DNA from: an uncultured Gammaproteobacteria bacterium
GTDB taxonomy: Bacteria > Patescibacteriota > Microgenomatia > Daviesbacterales > UBA10151
Reading direction: 5' to 3'
Length of the DNA: 64,000 nucleotides
Assembly (NCBI GenBank): GCA_964649615.1
Contig: CAZYPW010000008.1
Location: 574 to 64,573, forward strand
Below are positions 59,449 through 64,000 of this stretch, piece after piece. Position 1 is the first letter of the stretch; every line of letters begins with the position of its first letter. A program made the translations under genes and the position numbers. The notes beneath the pieces were generated by a model. The model did not search any database. It saw only the letters and a program-made list of their open reading frames with translations, and was not told the DNA's origin.

Positions 59449-60002
59449 AAAAGTTTTATTAAATCAGGACATTCATGAGACATTTCATTAAAATGTCCTT
59501 TGTTGTGCTCTATATATACTTTAGCCCCTAATTTTTCTTCAAAAAGTTTTTTATTTATCTCCAGTGGAACAAACGGATCATTATCAGAAAAAACTGCCAC
59601 AAAAGAATTAGCCTTGGTTTTTACCTCCTCTAAATTAAGTGTAGAATCAATCCAAGACTGAGCAATTTGCTGTTCTTCTTCTGTTAATCCCTTAAGATAT
59701 GCACCAAACCCAGCTACCAGTATTACTTTCCCAACTTTTTTATTTTCTGGCAAGCCTTCTAAGAAACGTAAGATTGTTTGGCATCCCATACTATGACCGA
59801 CAAGTACATCATCTGCTCTAACCTCACCCACTATTTTCGCTAAATATGGGACCCAATTTTCTATTTTAGGATAATCTGGATTAGGCATTGTTGGTGCCAT
59901 CACCTCATATCCTTTTTTCTCCAATTCCTCTCTGAGCCAAGGAAAGAAATCTTTAGCGGGTGACCCACTCCACCCATGAACAATAATTACTCTTTTAGAC
60001 AT
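59445..60002 (-). CDS. YdeN/RBBP9-like alpha/beta serine hydrolase
   Basis: The nucleophile elbow is GHSMGC. The length is about 185 aa. Confidence 0.65.
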   Translation of the reverse strand: MSKRVIIVHGWSGSPAKDFFPWLREELEKKGYEVMAPTMPNPDYPKIENWVPYLAKIVGEVRADDVLVGHSMGCQTILRFLEGLPENKKVGKVILVAGFGAYLKGLTEEEQQIAQSWIDSTLNLEEVKTKANSFVAVFSDNDPFVPLEINKKLFEEKLGAKVYIEHNKGHFNEMSHECPDLIKLF

Positions 60003-60083
60003 AAATTACCATAGAATTATCTAAAGCAAAGACCAATACATACAAACTTTGGTTACAACAATACGCTATAGCTTATCATTGTA

Positions 60084-60257
60084 ACTCTATTTATTATTCT
60101 CTATCTTATTTTTTAAATTCTGTTTGGCAAACACTGTTTCTAGTTCCTCCTGTCCAAGACTTTTGCCCTGCTTTTCCGCTTCTCCCATAACCTGACAGAC
60201 CAGACAGTCATCAAAATACTCATTATCTTTTATTTTTACTTCCTTGGTCTTTTTCAT
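60084..60257 (-). CDS. 56-aa hypothetical protein with a CxxC pair
   Basis: MKKTKEVKIKDNEYFDDCLVCQVMGEAEKQ... It is absent from the ORF track because it is under 60 aa. ORF call only. Confidence 0.2.
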
Positions 60258-60288
60258 CTTACTCAATAATATGATTATGGTTAGAATG

Positions 60289-60302
60289 AATCGCGGCCGC
60301 GA
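60289..60302. repeat. GC-rich 14-bp perfect palindrome ATCGCGGCCGCGAT (contains a NotI site)
   Basis: Seen in sequence. It stands out in an AT-rich intergenic region. Confidence 0.6.
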
Positions 60303-60314
60303 TCAGATGTAACC

Positions 60315-60830
60315 CTATTTTTTAACTTTGTAATGTAACTGAACTGTATTTTTGTTTAACTTGTTTGCCTCTATAAATTCTAAATTTACCTCAAAATCTG
60401 CATCTGCAAAGAGTTTAATTCCTTTTCCAAAAACAATTGGTTCTACATCAAGATAAATTTCATCGATTAGTCCTGCTTTCATAAAAGAGCTATTTAGTTT
60501 CCCTCCTCCAGCCAGAAAAGCCTCACTAAATCCTCTTTCTTCTAACATCTGTAGAACTTCTCCTGGAGATTGATCTATAATTATTACTTTATCCCCCCAT
60601 TTATTTTCTAAAAGTTGGTGAGTTACAACTATATTTACGGCATCTGGAAATGGAAAATACCCATACTTTAAGGCAGCTTCATAAGTATTCCTACCCATGA
60701 TAATATTCCCAGTTTGTTTACTATGATGATAAAAACCTTGTAAATCTTCCTCTGAAGTCCACTCAGAATCCCCATCTTCTTTAGCTATATATCCATTTGG
60801 AGTTATCCCCATATACAAAATTGTTTTCAT
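60315..60830 (-). CDS. Dihydrofolate-reductase-family protein (RibD C-terminal-like reductase)
   Basis: ...MGRNTYEA...LAGGGKLNSSFMKAGLIDEIYLDVEPIVFGKG... matches the DHFR-like Rossmann domain. Confidence 0.7.
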   Translation of the reverse strand: MKTILYMGITPNGYIAKEDGDSEWTSEEDLQGFYHHSKQTGNIIMGRNTYEAALKYGYFPFPDAVNIVVTHQLLENKWGDKVIIIDQSPGEVLQMLEERGFSEAFLAGGGKLNSSFMKAGLIDEIYLDVEPIVFGKGIKLFADADFEVNLEFIEANKLNKNTVQLHYKVKK

Positions 60831-60961
60831 TTTAAATCTTTTAACTGTTCATCTGTAAGTTCTGACTGCTTGATAATTTTTCTCAAAGTTCCTTCTGGAA
60901 CTGATCCTGGATGAACTGCTACTTGAGTCCATCTACCATCTGGACTGGCACCTCTTGACCT
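60827..60961 (-). pseudogene. hicA: HicA-toxin C-terminal fragment (no start codon), translationally coupled to the DHFR-like gene
   Basis: PDGRWTQVAVHPGSVPEGTLRKIIKQSELTDEQL matches the HicA C-terminus (hPDGR..tVPvH.gkdlp.GTLrsILKQAGL). The N-terminal GSH region is absent. The stop forms an ATGA overlap with the downstream gene. Confidence 0.3.
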
Positions 60962-61093
60962 TCATCTCTCAACACTTCTATAGCCAACTCAATTCCATCT
61001 TTAATACTTTTTAAAGCTTCATCAATAGAATCACCATAATCAGCCACACCTAATGTTGGACAATAGGCATTATAGACAGTTTTCCTATCCATT
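60919..61093 (-). CDS. hicB: HicB-like (UPF0150) antitoxin, 57 aa
   Basis: MDRKTVYNAYCPTLGVADYGDSIDEALKSIKDGIELAIEVL matches the HicB/UPF0150 N-terminal fold pattern (CPELPGC...G.T.EEAL.N..EAI). Confidence 0.4.
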
Positions 61094-61184
61094 TTTCCGG
61101 TTCAATAATAATTCTGTAGTTTAAAACCTGCTTTTGCATGAGTTTATTTTAACATATCATCTAAATTCACGTTATTTTGCCAAT

Positions 61185-61325
61185 TTAAATCAATTTCAAC
61201 TTTTCCATAGGATAATCTTTTTTATTATTTGTCACAAGGATTAAACCATTAATCACAGCTGTTGCTGCAATACAGGAATCAACCAGATGTAAGGTTTTGT
61301 GCCTAAACCTTCGTTTGTACTTGAC
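61185..61325 (-). pseudogene. 3' remnant of a PIN-domain (VapC) gene, paralogous to 62869-63246
   Basis: It encodes ...RHKTLHLVDSCIAATAVINGLILVTNNKKDYPMEKLKLI with no start codon. A 31-bp core (ggataatcttttttattatttgtcacaag) is identical to 62893-62923. Confidence 0.45.
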
Positions 61326-61356
61326 GGTTTAGCCTTAATACTCTATAATATACTGT

Positions 61357-62736
61357 ATGGATAAAGATTTATTAAATACTCTCTTAACCCGCTGGAATCC
61401 TCACTTTAGTGACCTTACTAAAGGAAAGTGGGAAGGAACAGTTAAGAGAGCAAAATACCTTGAACGGTTAAAGCCGCTCATGGATATACCCCATGTGGTA
61501 ATTCTGTCGGGTGTTCGCCGAGCAGGAAAATCAACGCTCATGCAGCAGACAATGGAATATTTAATTAAAGAAAAGGGGGTACCAGCAAAAAATGTGGTCT
61601 ATATATTCTTAGAGGATATACTTGTCCAGCAATACCTTTCAATGGGATGGGAATTACTTGACCAACTTTATAACCATTATCTTGAAATGTACAATCCAGA
61701 AGGAAAAGTCTATTTATTCTTAGACGAGATACAAGGAGTAAAAGAGTTTAATCGGTGGGCAGCAAGCAGGTATGAACGCAAAGAACCAATAAAATTTGTT
61801 TTCTCAGGCTCTCGAAAAGCCTTACTTGAATCTGAATCTGCAACAGTATTAACCGGAAGAAATGTTTTAGTAAATGTATATCCCCTCAATTTTTATGAAT
61901 ATCTCCTAATAAAAAATGTTCCTATTCTGGGTGATAATTCCATACAATCCCTGCGGGATGCAAATTTCGATCAACAACATACAATTCTGCATCATTTGAG
62001 CAAATATTTATATGAAGGTGGTTATCCGGAAATTGTGCTTGCGCAAGCAGAGGAGGCAAAACGAGCAATAGCAGGAGGTTATTACAGTGATATTGTAACA
62101 AGAGATGTACTTCGCCCAAATGCTGTGCGCAATGCTCATGAAGTAGAATTGTTAGGTTTGCAAATAATGAATGAGTTCACAAAAACTCATACCTACAGTA
62201 GTCTGGGAAGATCGCAAAAACTCTCCGTTGATACAGTGAAAAACTATCTTGACTACTTTGCAAAGGCACATCTATTTTTTGAAAGCACCCATTTTTCTTA
62301 TAAAACAAAAGAGACACAAGATATACAACGACCACGAAAAATATATGTGGTTGATAATGGACTCCGAAACTTCAATGTCCCACAACTGAAGCCTGATTTA
62401 GGACAATGTGCTGAAAATACCGCTTATATGGAACTACAAAAGAACAATGTTGCAGTTCACTATTGGAAGGAGAAGAAAGAAATAGATTTTGTTACCATGA
62501 ACCCAGCCCTTGCGTTTCTCAATGTTTCTTATACTGATGAATTACATCCACGAGAAGTAGAAAGCATGGTAGAAGGATTAAAGGAATTTGATAAAGATAA
62601 AGGAATAATACTCACGAAAAATTACGCTGGCAAGAAAGAGATAGAGGGAAAAAATATAGAATTTATACCGCTTTGGGCATGGCTTATTTTAAATGGAAGA
62701 GTTTTCTTTAAAGAAGCCAATATACTTCAAGATTAA
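61357..62736 (+). CDS. COG1373-type AAA+ ATPase (AAA_14 plus a DUF4143 C-terminal domain)
   Basis: Walker A is GVRRAGKST and Walker B is LFLDEIQ. The local GC content is higher than in neighbouring genes. Confidence 0.75.
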   Translation: MDKDLLNTLLTRWNPHFSDLTKGKWEGTVKRAKYLERLKPLMDIPHVVILSGVRRAGKSTLMQQTMEYLIKEKGVPAKNVVYIFLEDILVQQYLSMGWELLDQLYNHYLEMYNPEGKVYLFLDEIQGVKEFNRWAASRYERKEPIKFVFSGSRKALLESESATVLTGRNVLVNVYPLNFYEYLLIKNVPILGDNSIQSLRDANFDQQHTILHHLSKYLYEGGYPEIVLAQAEEAKRAIAGGYYSDIVTRDVLRPNAVRNAHEVELLGLQIMNEFTKTHTYSSLGRSQKLSVDTVKNYLDYFAKAHLFFESTHFSYKTKETQDIQRPRKIYVVDNGLRNFNVPQLKPDLGQCAENTAYMELQKNNVAVHYWKEKKEIDFVTMNPALAFLNVSYTDELHPREVESMVEGLKEFDKDKGIILTKNYAGKKEIEGKNIEFIPLWAWLILNGRVFFKEANILQD

Positions 62737-62868
62737 CGGTACAGACATTCCACATCCGAAGTGAATTAGGTAGACACATCAGATAAAGCACCTTATTTTA
62801 AAAAGATAAAAGAAAAAGATAAAATCCCAATGTGCGAAGCTGTTCCATATCGGAGGTGGAAAGTGTTC

Positions 62869-63246
62869 TTAAATCAACTTTAATCCTTCCATCGGATAAT
62901 CTTTTTTATTATTTGTCACAAGAATTAGATTATTTTTAATAGCTGTAGCAACAATGCAAGCATCAACTAAATATAGCGCCCTCCCTTTTTTACCAAAACT
63001 CCTAATAAATTCTATGGCTAATTGAGCAATATCATTTGTCAATGGGATAATGGTTAAAGCGTCAAAAAACTTATTTATTTTTGGAATTTGGGCATCTTTC
63101 AATCCTATCTTAACTTCTATCTCAATCAAGACAGATACCGCGGGTAGTTCATCAAGTTGAATAATTTTTTCAATTAAAGCGATTGCTGATTCTCGTTTTG
63201 CCAAATAGTCAATAATGATATCAGAATTAAGTAGATAAGTTGTCAC
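62869..63246 (-). CDS. vapC: PIN-domain toxin VapC
   Basis: LNSDIIIDYL, LYLVDACIVATA and LVTNNKKDY motifs are present. Confidence 0.75.
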   Translation of the reverse strand: MTTYLLNSDIIIDYLAKRESAIALIEKIIQLDELPAVSVLIEIEVKIGLKDAQIPKINKFFDALTIIPLTNDIAQLAIEFIRSFGKKGRALYLVDACIVATAIKNNLILVTNNKKDYPMEGLKLI

Positions 63247-63503
63247 TATTTAAATCTTAAATCATTCTTTTTACGGAAGGATCTAATATAGGACCTTACC
63301 TTTTTAGCAGTAGAAAAATGAGGGTAATTTTTAGCATCAAGCATACCAACAGACTCTCTGGCAACTTTAGCAAAATTAATTTGATTAAGATGTTTTCTGA
63401 CAGATTCTGCCAAAAAGGCGCTTCTTTTACCTGGACCTACTAACTTATCAACTTCTAAAAGTAGGTCTTTAGGAAATATAATATTAGCACGGACCATGTT
63501 CAT
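63246..63503 (-). CDS. vapB: VapB-type RHH/AbrB-like antitoxin
   Basis: MVRANIIFPKDLLLEVDKLVGPGKRSAFLAESVRKHL. The track start at 63521 is probably too far upstream, and the start is more likely at 63503 or 63497. Confidence 0.6.
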   Translation of the reverse strand: MNMVRANIIFPKDLLLEVDKLVGPGKRSAFLAESVRKHLNQINFAKVARESVGMLDAKNYPHFSTAKKVRSYIRSFRKKNDLRFK

Positions 63504-63642
63504 ATACACACTATTATACACACTATTAAAAATCTGTCAAATTCAAGCTATTTTATTCTCCATCAGGATATCTTACCTTACTAAAAGACCAGGTTTCCTC
63601 TATCCAATCTTTAACTGGCACAAAAGTAATAATTTTAAACAT

Positions 63643-64000
63643 TAAGGTGAGGCAGCAGGGATGTTTCTGACTAAATCATTTAATACCTGGTCTACCCCTT
63701 TGGCTACAGTTTGCAAAGCAACTTGTGGATCAGTTCCTTGCAGAGTGGCATTAATCCCATCCTCGAAGTATTTAATCATCTGGTCATTAATCCCATTATC
63801 ATAGGTATTAGATGCTAGATACCAGAATTTATAATTTGGCCCTTGTGAAACTACAGCTCCTATTAAAGGATCATTAATTAATTCCCCTTGCAGAGAAATT
63901 AAAGAATATGGTTCTCCAAATAATCTGACTTGGGAGGCTTGTTGATAGAGTAATCTTTCAGCTGGTTCAGAGGTTAAAAACTTGACAAATTTCCAAGCTT
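63643..64000 (-). CDS. ABC-transporter extracellular solute-binding protein, C-terminal part (5' end beyond the window)
   Basis: The minus-strand translation ...AWKFVKFLTSEPAERLLYQQASQ...YLASNTYDNGIND... is typical of the family-1 sugar-binding-protein C-terminus. Confidence 0.6.

Overview
This 64-kb window reads like a low-GC, gene-dense bacterial chromosome segment. Its short proteins, minimal IF-2, MetRS and HolA, and near-leaderless starts suggest a Patescibacteria/CPR-like lineage, but that assignment is inference only. I found no rRNA, tRNA or CRISPR array by eye.

The conserved core is mostly on the minus strand. It comprises ftsK (partial at the window start), rnj, a Lon-like ATPase, the rpsO-pnp pair, nusA-infB plus a DHH phosphoesterase, hrcA-grpE-dnaK and a separated dnaJ, lepA, murJ, rpsT, tpiA, trxA, a PcrA-like helicase, metG-pgeF-tatD, groES-groEL and murB.

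Accessory material is interleaved with this core:
- a HepT/MntA (HEPN/MNT) toxin-antitoxin pair inserted between dnaK and dnaJ;
- two complete VapBC pairs plus a PIN-gene remnant;
- a Fic-HTH gene flanked by direct repeats;
- a HicB/HicA remnant;
- a COG1373 AAA ATPase;
- a free-standing LAGLIDADG endonuclease abutting metG;
- a DUF2130-like gene translationally coupled to a UvrD helicase fused to a Cas4-like Fe-S nuclease;
- a putative PilN/PilO-like operon ending in a dockerin-repeat protein;
- an envelope glycosyltransferase cluster (processive GT2, MraY/WecA-like, UbiA/DPPRT-like).

The features I would look at again first:
- a recurring family of 7-nt-periodic tandem arrays that sits in frame inside essential genes (infB, lepA, the pcrA-like gene, the femAB-family gene) and also forms inverted pairs in intergenic regions;
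- an 84-aa ORF wedged between groES and groEL;
- a Lon paralog with no protease domain;
- a PNPase carrying a roughly 100-aa RGG-rich tail;
- the DUF2130/helicase-nuclease pair as a candidate undescribed DNA-processing or defence module.
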